From the NCBI GenBank assembly GCA_004022145.1, contig RCNU01000017.1: a stretch of 64,000 bases of DNA; one strand, written 5' to 3'. The DNA comes from Paecilomyces variotii. Its lineage: Eukaryota. The translations under genes were made by a program, and so were the position numbers. The notes beneath the pieces were generated by a model that did not search any database, had not been told where the DNA came from, and saw only the letters and a list, made by a program, of their open reading frames with translations. Of this stretch, positions 35,773 to 49,944 are shown in pieces (the first letter of the stretch is position 1; each line of letters opens with the position of its first letter).

Positions 35773-37538
35773 TCTCATCCTCTGTCACGACGGGACTGGG
35801 ACTCCAGACTTGTGCCACCTTCCTATTCAGGACATTTTGAGATCCACGCAGAAAGGGATCATAAAAACTACAATTTCAGATGTTCAATCAGTGGAAGACA
35901 AGCGGCCAGCACAAGTGCTCGAAGCTGCATCCTCTGGTCTTGCCAATGATTACATCATCTCACCGTTCTGGTTAACTATGCTGCTTAGAACTCGTCATAT
36001 GAATCGGCATCAGCTATTTCAGCACCGTTGGGAGCTAGATTCAGCAGTGAGTATTTTCCTTATATATCTCGCACAAAGCCTGCATTGAGATCTTTAGCGC
36101 TTCGACGACAGAGGACAATGTTGGCCTACATCCTAGTCGACCCCAAAATTCGCATACGTTGTACACCACCACTTCCATGCATTACGATGATGACGCAGCC
36201 CTCGATCGTCTTTTTTTTCTAAATCTCAGTCTCCCGTTTCACGTTTATTGTCTTGCGCACCAAAAATTCTATACCAAGGGAAAAGATCTGGCGGGGAGTT
36301 TCTGGAGATAAAAGGAGTTACCAAGAGCGACATTATCTTCCCCATTGAAAAGATCTCGGGTTTCCTCTTAACACCTACTATCTTTGCTTTCTCTTTCTCT
36401 TTTCTTATGTCCATTAAATGATAATTAGCCTCGTTTTTGCTTAAGTTTACTACGCACTGCTTGTTGCTTGTTGCTTTTTGTTTTCTTTCTCTTTCTTGCC
36501 CCCTCACATTGAAATTACGCTTCATGACCCGTGATGTCACACCCTATACAGATTGAATACCATACACAAATAGAATTGATGATAGCGAAAACAACTCCTC
36601 CATAGAGCACTACACATACAATAACTCAGTTAACTAGTTACCCCAAGACATCTTACTAAGAAAACCTTGAGGAGGAAGAATTTCCGCAAACGGCCCTAGA
36701 GAACAAATAATGGTAATAATACCCGTACCTGCTGTCCATACGGCTCGATCTTACCGAATCCGTTCCATTTTCCGTTGCTTTATCGCCTTACTGAATGAGA
36801 AGTAATATAAATAAATCAACAAACAAATATCTATTTCCGTTAATGAAATAATCCAGTTTACTTCGTATCCATACGGTATACCTAGCTACCTAATCGATGA
36901 ATGGTAACTGAGTACCAGTATCGATACCAGTAACTAATAGGACCTATGACGAAGCTTGGTATATATTCAGGTGACATGATACTCGATCGAACCTCGGCCA
37001 CTTAATTGGGTTTTAGTTTGGGGCGGAAAATGGTATGGGGTACTAATAAGGCACATGACCATGTGATCGTGTCTGGAGGTCATGCTATCTATTAGGCGGT
37101 AGTACCCTATCGAACTACATTTTCATTTGATTATGCGGGGAGAGGACAACTAGGTGCTCGCAAAAGGTAAATAGTAACACAGGCAACAAGGTTTTATGAT
37201 AGCATATTCATGTGAGCATTGACCATGGGTTTGTGAGAGCGAAACTAAAGGGTTAAAATAAAAGGTTTTAAGGCACAGAAGGAGTATTCGTTTGATCGAC
37301 GCCAGGAGGATGAAAAGAGAAAAGTGAGGCTAATAGCATAGAGGAATGAAGAGCCGTTAGTTTAGTGGACAGACATGTACCAAAGCAGCAAATCCCTTCC
37401 CTATGCGAGATGTTCTTTGCCGGCCCCGGCCTCCCCAGTCTCCCGGTTTCGAGAGCCAACAACATCCAGCATCAATGACACGCAAAAAGTCCCCGCACAT
37501 GATCTGGGAATCCCCACGTCACACATTCATCTAACCGT

Positions 37539-38390
<852 letters not shown>

Positions 38391-39616
38391 TCAGTTGGAA
38401 TAATCGTAAGATGGATGTGGTCAGGAGCCAGAGGACCTTGTCGTGCAATGATTGAAGATGAGGGTTCAAGAACACGACTTAGAGAAAACAGGAAGGATGG
38501 GTGACGCCCTGGGAGGTGTGCAGTAGGAAGGGTGGATGGTCTCGATTTGACGGTGAAGGCTTGTGGGGGGGGGAAGAGAAGCGGCCAGTGTCAACGTGCA
38601 CAGACGAATAAGGGGGAGTACGCGACCGAGCCGGACTCTGGGAAAAGCAGCACTTACAAGAGAAACGAAGTCGAAGTGAACGTGCGATGGTAGGGGGTGG
38701 ATACAGATGGCGTGAGGGAGATACGTCTGGTAGTAGAGCGACGATGTTGTCGTGTGAATTTTCGGGTGTAACGAACGCCAGGTCAAGAAATGCGGCCGTC
38801 AGCGTAGCTTCCGTCACTGGCCAATTGAGCCACACGAGAAAGATACAAAGCAGCACGAGTTATAATCACTCTTAATGCCCCTGGAACACGCTGGAAGAAC
38901 AAGCACGGTCTGCTCCGGACGGCTCAGGCAAGGACTGCTGGGCCGATCATACCCATGAAGCCTCTCGCTGCAACTTCTTATGCGCCGCTTCTGCCTACGC
39001 GAAAGAGGACACGGTGTTTCTGTTCCAGGTTTGGGCTGGGCGATGGCGCTATCCCGCCGACATCCAGCGACTGAACTCACTACTGGCCCTGCGCAGTCGC
39101 CAGGCTCCATCATTTGTACCACTCTCTCGCCCGCTTGGCCGCATTCTCTACCGTGCCAATCCCTCGGTAGATCGCTGCCAGATAGCATTTCTTTGGTGCC
39201 TGTGGATCTCTTGATATTATTGCCTTTGCCATGCTCTCCAAACTCTCAGAAAAAAAAGGCCGCCGGGATTACTCTAATCCCCATCCCCACACCGCGGATT
39301 GGGCAGACTACGCCTCGATGGAGACAAGCATAATCGCAATCCGTATATTAAGTGGATCGTCCTGGGAGCACGACGTGTTCGAAAAAACTCTCGTGCCTTG
39401 ATGAATAAAGAGTGACAATATCGACTTAGACTATAGCGTACATGCAGGTACTACAGTTATTATCATTCTAGCCGGAGGGCCCCACAAAAGATCATGGATT
39501 GTTTTAATGATATATTGGTCTACTCTCGAGTTCTTTGTTCATGGCCCTTTTTTCCCCCCTCAATTATACCTCAGAGTCTAAGACTAATTAATTAACCTGT
39601 TCCCAGCTGCTCACGC

Positions 39617-41776
39617 CTATTCTCGATATCGCCCTTTCTTCTGGGTAGAGAGCTTGTTCCTAGAGGAGTCCACAAACGTTCTCAGCAACGAGCGATAGAT
39701 CGTCTTGCCCTCGACTGTGTCACTGGCAAATCCAAAGACGGCAAGAGCAATAATCGTGAGGACCATAATCACTCCAAACGAGACCCAATAGGTACGGGCT
39801 GTATAGACGCCTTGCAGGTCATCGATCTGCGTCGAAAAATAGGCCGTCATGAGACTGACGGGCATGAATAACATGGTTGCCTTGGCTAGCACGATCGTGA
39901 TCCGTGTCAGCTTTTCAACGGCTTGCGAATCCTTCAGAGCGATGAGATTGAAATTCTGAATCATGTCAGTTACTGGTCGATCCTCTCAAGTACCGCTACA
40001 CCTACCAGGAATGTGAGAGACTCCTTCTCGGTCAGGCACGTGTCTATCTCACTTAGGCAGAACAATCTTATGCGATCGATGAGCCTTTGGAAGCGGCCAA
40101 CAGCAGCAGAACTCAGGAGCACTCCTGGCGGTGCGTCAATCCCAGATGCTATGTTGAGGGCGTTTCCTGGAGGGGGATGCAGCCAATCTTGGGGATCTCC
40201 ATCCGAGATATTGCTGCCCGTGAGAAACGCGTTAGGCTGCGAGTGTGCCTCATCCCGCAAAACACGTTGTCTCTGCAAAATGCGTGTTATTATCGTCTCG
40301 TAACTTTGATAGAGACGTTTCAAGACAGCAAGTCGTCTGCCCAGCCAATGTAGTTCACTAACTAGATCCACGTCTGGCTTGTCGAGCATCTGTTCTCTCT
40401 GGATACCCGGTCAGATACGTGCATATGTCCAGAACGGGAAATGAAACCTACAAGATCATCGAGGTACGCGCCATACTTATGTTCTCTCCTGGCGACGAGT
40501 CGGTAACTTGTTACCCAGTCGTCAAAGATGTAATAGAACAACAAGCTCGAGCCATCCTCCTGGGATATACTACCGTCATCCGGTTGGCTGTTCGAGAAAT
40601 GCCGTACACGTATCGTCACTAGAGAGTCGTTTGCGGATGCAATAGAGTGTTGCTTAGACACCCCGGAGAAGATAAAGCCAAAATTACGGCGGATGGTGCT
40701 CAGAACGGTGCTTATTTCCTCAGGACTGGGTATATACGTCCCTGGGAATGGGTTTTCTTGAATCGACACGACAGTACCTAACAGAGTGAGTATTTTATGA
40801 TACGGTATCATCAATAGGATGCATTACCATCACTGAAAAGTATTATCCATGTCCACAACCTCTTACCGGAAGGCAGACCTCTGTCATTCTTAATGTCAAT
40901 TCCAGGTATCGTATACAATGAATTATATCCGACACAAGTATCTGTCACACAAATCAGCATATTCGACATCTATAGATGGCTGACATACATTTTGGCCCAT
41001 AATCCACAGACGAGAAATGCCAGATCTGATTAATGATGTCCGAAAACGTAAGGTTCAAAGATGCTGCCTGTTCCCTGATTGTATCAGGGTCAACCAGCTC
41101 CTTCAGGGCGTATGCGCCTTCGAGATCTTTTGGATGCGATCGATCGGACTGGCGGTTGAATGTCCAGTGTCGAGTACTGTCTGCAGCTTCTGACCCTGGA
41201 GCAGGCCTCGGGGTTTGGCTGGCAGGCTCTGTGCACATCAATCCTTGCAGTCTCTCCGAGACACCATATTTGTTGGTGATCAACTAATTACTATGGTGAG
41301 CTTGGGTTTTGTAATAACATGAAGGGTTATACTGACTCTAATCGATTCTTTCTGTTTCTCTGGTGCCCATATATTGCTATGCAGTTATGTCAGTAAGGGG
41401 AGCATCTGGTCACGATGAAGAATGACTAACATCCACCTGGTCCCGAAACATTTCGGTTTCTGGGTAGATCTATAATCAGTATCCATACAAGCTAACGCAG
41501 AAGCTCTATTCATATCGCTAAACGAGAGCTCACAGGCTTTTCCAACAAGGCCTCAAAATCTCCTGTGTCGAGGTTGACCGCGCACCAAGCGTCATCGTTT
41601 CCAAAATCGAGGACGAAGTTTTCTGTGTTTATGTCCTCGAGGCGCCGTTGATAATCTCGAAAATGCGCTGCTTGATCAATGTCGTTGAATTTCTGACCCA
41701 ATCCCGGTCTACTAGAAAAGCTGGCGTAGTAGGCGGCAGCGTTGTGTGAGGCGTCAGAAATTGGAGCGCTGGTCAT
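39617..41776 (-). CDS. CorA-like membrane protein, multi-exon
   Basis: Helical domain (ELHWLGRRLAVLKRLYQSY) followed by two C-terminal TM helices (TMLFMPVSLMTAYFST; YWVSFGVIMVLTIIALAVFG). ORF pieces are joined by short GT-AG introns. Confidence 0.78.
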
Positions 41777-44491
41777 GTTTACTATTTTCCCCCTTAATCA
41801 ACAGTATGCATCAAGAGGGCCAAATAACAGTGTTTCTCGACTCCGCGAGAGCCAAGCAGTTCTGGTGTTAAATACAAAAGGCAGTTCTTGAACTAGAGCT
41901 GTGCTGAAGGGCTTTTCTTGAAGATGCATTGGACACTGCGCCCCGCGTTGTTTGCTAGCTGGGTGCTCGAGTGACTCCGGTCATGAGGCTGGTAAGGAGC
42001 TCAGGCGACCAGCTGACTAGCCAGGCAGCTGAGATCGTCTCGATGCAGGAAACTCCGTTCCACATAAGTTGGCTTTGATCTCATAGCTTCTAGTACAGAA
42101 AGTAGATCTTCCGTTCAGCTGCGTCTCAGCTCTCGATGTTGGAGGCCTGGTGTGGTCGCGCGATCATCGGTTACTTAGTTTCGGGGGGGGCTGCTAACGG
42201 TAATAAGCATTCAGGCGACTCATGGAGGCTTGTAACCATGACATTCCGTCGCAAAACTGATCCTAGAGGTAGCGTGCATTGGAGCTTTTTTTTTTCTCTC
42301 TCTGTTGGTGCTATACGGCAGCTGGACAAATGGTCAGGACGTATCCTTAAGAGATCGCATGGCCCGCAATCTGGGGATAGTTCTCCAGATAAACCTTATT
42401 CTACTCCACCATGCTGAATCCGCAAGTAACTGGGAAAGTCAACAGACCACAGTCGACTTTATATCATTGCCAATGGCTGCCTACTAGTAACCAGAACTCA
42501 ACATTCTCTTCTCTTAAATGTTGAAAAGCCTTAAATTAGAAGAGCCGGGAAATAAGTGACAACAAAAGCAATCTTCGAGGCTGGAATCCAGCTTACGCCT
42601 GTGTGGGAAGCAACGGGGCATGTTGTACTACTGTTTTCATCAATAACTGTCGTGGTTTTACATCTATAAGGAGAGGCTTGCCCGTCCTTTCGCTTGCTCG
42701 ATAATTGATAAATTACCTTCATGACGGAATTTTGGTCTAGAGGCGGGTAAAGGCTTTTGTTAAATCATATGGAGATTTCTCGCACGGAAAGCAACTAATT
42801 ACTATCCCGTAATTGAGGCTCTTGGAGGGCGGAGACCCCATGTATATTGTTAACTATATCGTCATGGTACGCTTATCCCAAGAAGACCTATTATGAAATG
42901 GCCGGGGAAATTTCATCAATAAGGATTATACAGTGGCTAAGCGCAGTAATCTTTATGGAAATATCGTCGTAATTTGTCGCAAGAGGGCCACGCAATGAGC
43001 ATGCATTGTACTGGGCAATACTCACGGGTCCGAATATACAACAATTTTTACACACGATAAAGCTAATTTTGCAGTCGGTCATATCTGTGACTGTATTTCT
43101 TTCCCTTAATGTTTTACCTTATCTCCTCTTCCGAATATGTAAACGCATACTACCTGATCTGTCACTGTCGGCTTCACATTTTCTTACTTGTATGGTAATT
43201 CCTGTACAAGGACCATCCTGTCTGGGTCTTAATTAACTCAACAGATGGCTGACAGCATTCATACTCACGGCTTAGTATTACAACCTCAACAACTGCAAGC
43301 TCGGCTCACCTATAGGAGTACCGTTCGTTTTAAAAAGGCTAACAAGTCGTTCATGTTACTAAAGTTGTAAGTATCACGCCACTATCTAAGGCATTATTCT
43401 CCGATCTACATATCCTTCAGCATCTCTACTCTCTGCCTCATTCTTCTTGAAGGAAGCCCCCCTATCCCTGTTATGGACGTATACCTTCGACAAATCGAAA
43501 GAACAAAAAGAAGCAATGGCCCTTCTGTGTTCGGAACATGGTCCCCCAGAGGGTATTACTGAACTGGAGGTCTGTAAACTCAATAACTAGCTGTCTTTGG
43601 ATTATTAATTGAGATCAACGTTTTTCCTTTGTTTGTCTCGCCAATCGAACTCAAGGGGCTCTTAACTTATCAACTTATAATCTTCCAAGTCAAAGTTAAA
43701 GTGTTTATGTATTTAATCCCCGTTTCTGTTTTTCACATGCACTCGCGTGATCATATCGAGGGTATCTAAAGGACAGATTAAAGTTGATCAAAGCCCTGAG
43801 CTGTTGAATATTGTTGTTCTCTAAAGAGACCATCCTAGTTTAAGTGAGAGCATTGAACTAGCTTCTCAATGCTGAAGTAATGCCTCATTTGCCAATAGTA
43901 TACGTCCAGGTTGATATCTAGAAAGAGATCAGGCAAAGCATATATCTTCAACGCGAACTATTTGATGATCCTGATCGAAACATGCTGCAAGATATGTTCT
44001 CATGCGAGGGAGGGTTATGGAACACGTAGAAACAGGCAGCCATCAACACGGATTTGAACATCACTAGATAGGGGAATCTTAGGCTCATTCTCAGTGGATT
44101 CGAAGAGCACGCCCCGCTGTCTATGCGCGAAAGTGGCATCAGAGCAGACGACGACACACTTTTCATCTGCCGAAGAACAGTAAATATCCACTTCATAGGC
44201 TTGGATGCGAGGAAAAATGAGTCAACTCATCAAAAACATGAGACTTGAGAGAGCTCAGGTTAGTCTGCGTAGTACTATGATGATGCTTTTTGAGTCATGG
44301 TACTGGATCGCGATTAGGGTATAGCTAGTCCGGTTATGGTTAGCGCGGTTCAGCACCCACAAGCGGGGAGAAGTTTTCGCACCATCTCTAAAAGCGCGCG
44401 AACTTTCTCCCGTTCTCGACTTCAACGACATTTTGTGCGCAGAGCCTCACCATAAGAATCTAAAAAGTTCTTCTGGAAGACTGTAACAACC

Positions 44492-45381
44492 ATGTCTAAG
44501 ATCACAGTCGGTAAGATTGCTCCTCGATGTGCTCCTGGAAATATGCGATGCATGAGACTAACAGAACCTTCGTGGAACAGCCGGAGTGCGCCAGAATGTC
44601 CAGCAGCTGCTGGACTACTCTCTCAATGAGAAGAAGAGGAACTTCCTCGAGACCGTCGAGCTCCAGATCGGTCTGAAGAACTATGACCCCCAGCGTGACA
44701 AGCGTTTCTCGGGTACCATCAAGCTGCCCAGCGTTCCCCGTCCCGGAATGACCATCTGGTACGTTTCGAGCCCATGATCTTAGAGGAGGAACAGCATTTG
44801 CCGTCCGGGAGGAAATATTGCGTGGAAGACCATATTTGCTGACTGCTTCTCGCATGATAGTATCCTTGGTGACCAGCACGACATTGACCGTGCCAAGCAC
44901 CTTGGTGTTGATGCCATGTCCACCGAGGATCTGAAGAAGCTGAACAAGAACAAGAAGCTTATCAAGAAGCTCGCTCGCAAGTACGATGCTTTCTTGGCTT
45001 CCGACTCTCTGATCAAGCAGATCCCCCGTCTTCTGGGTCCTGGTCTGTCCAAGGGTATGTCCACAGAATGATCTCGTACATTGCCACTTGAACTAGCCAC
45101 TGACTGGTGATTTTCCAGCCGGTAAATTCCCCACCCCTATCTCCCACGCTGAGGACATGGGCAACAAGATCACCGAGGTCAAGTCCACCATCAAGTTCCA
45201 GCTGAAGAAGGTTCTGTGCCTGGGTGTTGCCGTCGGTAACGTTGGCATGACCGAGGAGGAGCTCATCTCCAACGTCATGATGTCCATCAACTACCTCGTC
45301 TCCCTTCTGAAGAAGGGCTGGCAGAACGTTGGCAGTCTTGTCATCAAGGCTACCATGTCTCCTCCCAAGAGACTCTACTAG
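44492..45381 (+). CDS. rpl1: 60S ribosomal protein uL1 (L1/L10a); exons 44492-44510, 44581-44758, 44861-45054, 45119-45381
   Basis: MSKITVAGVRQ..., [34 protein letters not shown] and LKKGWQNV; strong codon bias. Confidence 0.98.
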
Positions 45382-45633
45382 ATGCGGCTCTGTGCTGTGT
45401 CACGCTGGGGTCATTGGTGCATCCGTGAGATAGTGTTTGCCTTTAGCTAGATAAATACGACTCACGATGTTACGATTCCTCAATTTATATTCCCGCTAAT
45501 TGTAAAGCGTACGATACTTTGTATCCCCGGGTATTTTATATTAGACATTGTAAGCGCAACGGTATAGCAGCTCACGAATTGTATGTAGATAATACATTGT
45601 TAGACAGTTACTCATACAACCACAACCGGTTTC

Positions 45634-46893
45634 TTACTGCATGCCTTCCATCAAATCCGTCTTGTCCAGGATCATGCCTCTCATTCCAATAAACTCCCGT
45701 AGAGCTTCCCATTCCTCGCCCTCTTCCTCTCCCCGCATCGAAGGGTCCTTGAAACCCCAGGCGACGGCAACTTTATCCAGCGCCGCACGCTCCTCCTCCC
45801 TAAGCCAGCGCTGTCGCAGTGGTATACCCGGTATCCAGACTACTCGGTCCATTTGGTCATTAGAGGACGTGATAGCGACAATTCCAACGGACGATGTGAA
45901 GCCCACGTAGGCAAGGATCGCGGAGAAAATGAGTCCCCTCGCCGTACTCTCATCCATCGTATTTTGTAAGGTCGAGGCCCAAGACGCAATGACGTACGAT
46001 GCAGCGGGGGCTGCAGCCAGTCCTATCATTGGCACAGTCGCTTTCTTGAAGATCTTCGCCCTGTAGAAGGCGGGAGCGCAGAAGGTGCTATCAATGATGG
46101 CCAGCACAAGAGGTAGATTTTTTTGTTCGATAGCAACGTCCAGAGCCATGTTGGCCAATTCGGATGGAACAGCATTCTTCACACTCTTGGGATTCGGCTT
46201 ACGGTACTGCACTGGCGAGCTATTTTCCACGGGGACAGGCTTGTTGGCATAGAGCGTGAAGATTTCGGGGAAATGGTCGGCCTTCTTCAGAAGTGTTTGA
46301 ATCTTCGTGTAGTACTCCAGCGCTTCTGGTGAAATGAAAACCTTCTCATTTCTGAGGAGATCATTGGCGACTTGCGATATCGAATCCGTAATTCTCCGTT
46401 TCGTGCTCAGGTTCACTTTTGACGGCTGAGTGCCTGTCGGCTTCTCTTCCAGATTCAAGAGTGATGAGGTCGCGTTCCCTCCATCTTTATTCTGGTTCTG
46501 GGGGCCCTGTTCACCTAGAACAATGCGCGACACTATGTTCAGACACTTCTGTAGCAATTGCACCACCGTCTCGTCGGAGGGAACGACATCGGAGTTGGAA
46601 ATGGTGCGGGCTTCCTGCTGCACTTCCTTTAAAGCGACATCCGGATCAGTTGGGATCGCCAGCTTCGATTCATGCGAGGCGAATCGTCTGAAGATGGACT
46701 GGGACGTCGTCAATGGCGCTTTCAGCGGTCGTTTCGTTTTCCATCCCGAGAAATCTGCGCGGTTATTCAAGAGTCGCGTCTGTTGGAAGACAGGGCCACG
46801 ATGAGTCGATCGCGAGGTAGAATATCGGCAGAATTGACAGATGAGTCCCTGAGGCTGTGAGCGTCGTTGCGCTCGAAGTGTAAGACCCTTCAT
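45634..46893 (-). CDS. Conserved-looking hypothetical protein, probable mitochondrial inner-membrane protein (419 aa)
   Basis: Intronless ORF with an Arg/Ser-rich, acid-free N-terminal presequence-like region and two hydrophobic helices near the C-terminus. Confidence 0.8.
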   Translation of the reverse strand: MKGLTLRAQRRSQPQGLICQFCRYSTSRSTHRGPVFQQTRLLNNRADFSGWKTKRPLKAPLTTSQSIFRRFASHESKLAIPTDPDVALKEVQQEARTISNSDVVPSDETVVQLLQKCLNIVSRIVLGEQGPQNQNKDGGNATSSLLNLEEKPTGTQPSKVNLSTKRRITDSISQVANDLLRNEKVFISPEALEYYTKIQTLLKKADHFPEIFTLYANKPVPVENSSPVQYRKPNPKSVKNAVPSELANMALDVAIEQKNLPLVLAIIDSTFCAPAFYRAKIFKKATVPMIGLAAAPAASYVIASWASTLQNTMDESTARGLIFSAILAYVGFTSSVGIVAITSSNDQMDRVVWIPGIPLRQRWLREEERAALDKVAVAWGFKDPSMRGEEEGEEWEALREFIGMRGMILDKTDLMEGMQ

Positions 46894-47247
46894 GGCTGCA
46901 GGGTCTTGGGTAGAAAACCGTGGTGAGACCTCCGATCAGTGCAAATGTTGGGGTATCTACCGAAAGGACGGCGAAGACGGAGACGCCGGGCACGCAGTCA
47001 CCGCGCTTAGCACCGCCACCACCTCCATGATTCCCTCCTCCGTATCTCAACTGCAACGTCTCTTGTCCTGACGTCCACGTTCCAACACATCGCCAGGGCC
47101 TCCATCTCTTCCTGTTCGCAGGCGCGGGTGCCTGCTGAAGGCTGATTATTTAGCTATAACTTCAGCCTTCTTATGCGCCCTCTACAACAATAACAACTTC
47201 CCGACGTCTTGTCCTAAGCCCAATACACTCGCTCGACATCCAGCAAT

Positions 47248-48635
47248 ATGCCTCCTCCTCCACCCCCTCCGCCCCCTCCACCGCCGGCTATGGGAGGCCC
47301 CCCGCCTCCTCCACCACCTCCAGGAGATACTCCATCGAGGCCTCCCAAGGCAGTAGTGCAAGATAGGGTAGGTTCAAGATCGAGACGCGGCCGGCAACTG
47401 CTCATGTCGTCATTGTCTCCCCAAAGCTAGCTTCTGCATAGCGGCTAACTCTTTGATAGAGCAAACTTCTCACAGATATCAGCAAGGGTACTCGATTAAA
47501 GAAGACGGTCACAAATGACCGATCAGCGCCTGTGATTCAGAAGGAGGGGGGTCGCTCGGGCGGTGCGCCGATTGCTAGTGCTCCGCCAGTACCGGGAATG
47601 CTGAAGCCTCCAGGAGGACAGGCGCCTCCTGTTCCTAGCGGAGGAGCAGCTAATCGCGTACGAAGTGACAGCGCAGGAGGCGATGGCGGTAGCAGCATTG
47701 CAGCACCACCGCAACTAGGTGGTTTGTTTGCCGGGGGAATGCCCAAGCTGCGAAGTCGAGGCGGGGTTGATACCGGGGCGAATCGAGATGCATCATATCT
47801 GTCAGACTCAGATAGCTCGCGACCAACGTCGACAGCGGCTGCTCCTAAACCTCCAGGAGCACCGAGGCCTCCTGGTGCGCGTCCTCCACCACCTCCTCCG
47901 TCTACCGAGTCACCACCCGCCCCTCCTGTCAACCCGTTGGTTGCGCAGTTACGAAAGCCGCCTCCTAAACCGGCCTCAAGACCATCGTCCACGATCTCGA
48001 CAAAGTCTGCACCTCCACCTGTGCCATCTTCAGCGAAACCGCCTCCTCCCCCGGTTTCTTCCAGAAAGCCTTCCGCCCCCGCTCCTCCGCCTCCTAAGAG
48101 TGCCAGTCCGGCTCCTCCATCTGCGCCTCCGCCGCCGCCTGCTATATCTGCCCCTAGACCTCCTGCAAGATCAACACCACCACCGCCGCCACCATCAGCA
48201 CCACCACAGCCGGTGAATGGAGGCCTGGCGGCCTCAATCGCAGTACAAGCCGCGCGAAACGCTTTTGGAAACAACCATTCTCCCGCAGCCCCTCCTCCCC
48301 CTCCGCCATCATCAGCGCCTTCTGCTCCCCCAGCTCCTCCACCACCGCCTCCGGTTGCTGCTCCATCGGCTCCTTCAGCACCACCACCTCCTCCTTCCCA
48401 ACCTCTCCGATCGATGCTGGACCCAAGCTCATTTACTCTTACGAATGGCGGATCATCCCCGATCGGAAGCCCTCGAAGCGCTTCAAGCCAGGGCCATATT
48501 ACGATAGAAGATACCCGGTTCAAATTTCAGAGCGAGAGTCTCTTCCCGAAACCCAGGCCTTTCTCAGGAGGGGTCAGAAAGTATCGTGCTGGAAGGGGAA
48601 GCAGCGTGCCGCTGGATTTGAATTCGTTGGGTTGA
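47248..48635 (+). CDS. vrp1: Verprolin/WIP actin-associated protein; exons 47248-47367 and 47460-48635
   Basis: N-terminal polyproline; WH2 motif LLTDISKGTRLKKTVTNDRSAP; second WH2-like PQLGGLFAGGMPKLR; Pro-rich body; C-terminal RFKF...PKPRPF...Y..GRGSSVPLDL. Confidence 0.93.
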
Positions 48636-49121
48636 ATATGGGATTGAGTCTGATGGATATACCTCTGCGCGCCGTATCCATACTTATAGCTACCTAGCTA
48701 AGCTGTAAAAATGGCAAGGTTCTCTAGTCTCAGCTGCATGCTGATCATTTCAATTGGTTTTCCATGGTGTACGTAGGGACTCGGGTAGTGTTAATAAATT
48801 CCAAACTAAAGGACTAATTTTTCGTCCCGCATTGATCGTCTCCAGTCGTTGGCTTATTTCCAATGTTCTCATGAGAAAAGCATGGATGTCACATCCTCAG
48901 TAGGATGCAGAATGCGGAAAGCTATATAGTTCGACACCATCACATGATCCCATCGCCAGATAATGATGATGGCATTCTTTTAAGCCCAGGGAACGCAAAG
49001 GTTCTCCCAGCTTTCATTTTGTTGCTCACTATGCGAATTATCATTAGATCGTTATTGTCATAAAACCTAGCTATATATACATAGCATTCTCTACAAACAA
49101 CAACGCCACCGATAGATAATC

Positions 49122-49626
49122 ATGGGAACCATTCTACGAGAAGTATGAACATCGCCCTACTCACTATTAATGGCGTCGTTTATTTTTTCCGCGAGTATCC
49201 CCTAATAATGATAATAGCCAGCGAAGTAGCTAACCACAAACTCCACCGAATAAAATAACAAAACAGACCAATCCACAATCCCTATCTCTATCACTATCAC
49301 CATCACTATCACCACCACCCGGCTGGACAGCAAACCCACCTGAACTCGAGGACGACGAGTCCTTCTGGGCCCAAGACGACGCAGGCACACCCGGGTTCTA
49401 TCTCATGTCTCGCCAATTCGAAGATCCGCATCTGATCATGCGCACGACGCCGGATAACGGGGTGCCGGAGTATATGTTTCGGTCTGGAGAGAAGTATTTC
49501 TTTTGGAGTGAGATCGAGGATACGGTGTGGGAGGTGTTGGAGCCGAGTGGGTTAGAGGAGATTATGGAGAGGATGAAGGAGGGAGGGTTTGGGAGGAAGG
49601 GGGTGAGGGTTAGGAGGAGGTTGTAG
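49122..49626 (+). CDS. Small hypothetical protein (~127 aa); exons 49122-49142 and 49267-49626
   Basis: MGTILRE, then intron GTATGA...GCTAAC...CAG, then in-frame TNPQ...PPGW...YMFRSGEKYFFWSEIEDTVWEV... Confidence 0.65.
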
Positions 49627-49944
49627 GGTGGTTGGAGGGGTTTTTTGGGGGGGGGGGGGGGTTCTAAGTTGGGTGATAGTGATTGATGTGTTATTTGTGA
49701 TGCAGGCATTGGCTATTGCTGTTTGAAACTGGATTGATTATGGGCTTATATGGGACTATTAAAGCCAGCAGATGAAAGCCTCCAGATATTGTATAAAAAT
49801 AAGCGCTGATGTGATTTTTGGAGTATGGCTGAACACAAAGGCTCATCAATATATAATATATGAACACCTCGCTATGCAGTAACGATGATGCTTCTTACTT
49901 CCCGGAAATAAAGCTGAAATAAAGCTCGTACTTCCCTTACCAGC

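Noticed and set aside
43245-44248. Possible plus-strand pseudogene (frame 43910-44248 with three internal TAG stops, plus splice-like signals upstream)
   Set aside because: Stop density is not clearly below random expectation and no recognisable domain is present; a tblastx search would be needed.
44311-44430. TTAGGG and TCGACTT motifs upstream of rpl1
   Set aside because: Plausible ribosomal-protein promoter elements, but single short matches cannot be supported from sequence alone; not a telomere.
47537-48523. 328-aa Gly-rich antisense ORF
   Set aside because: Shadow of verprolin's Pro codons (CCN read as NGG/GGN on the other strand).
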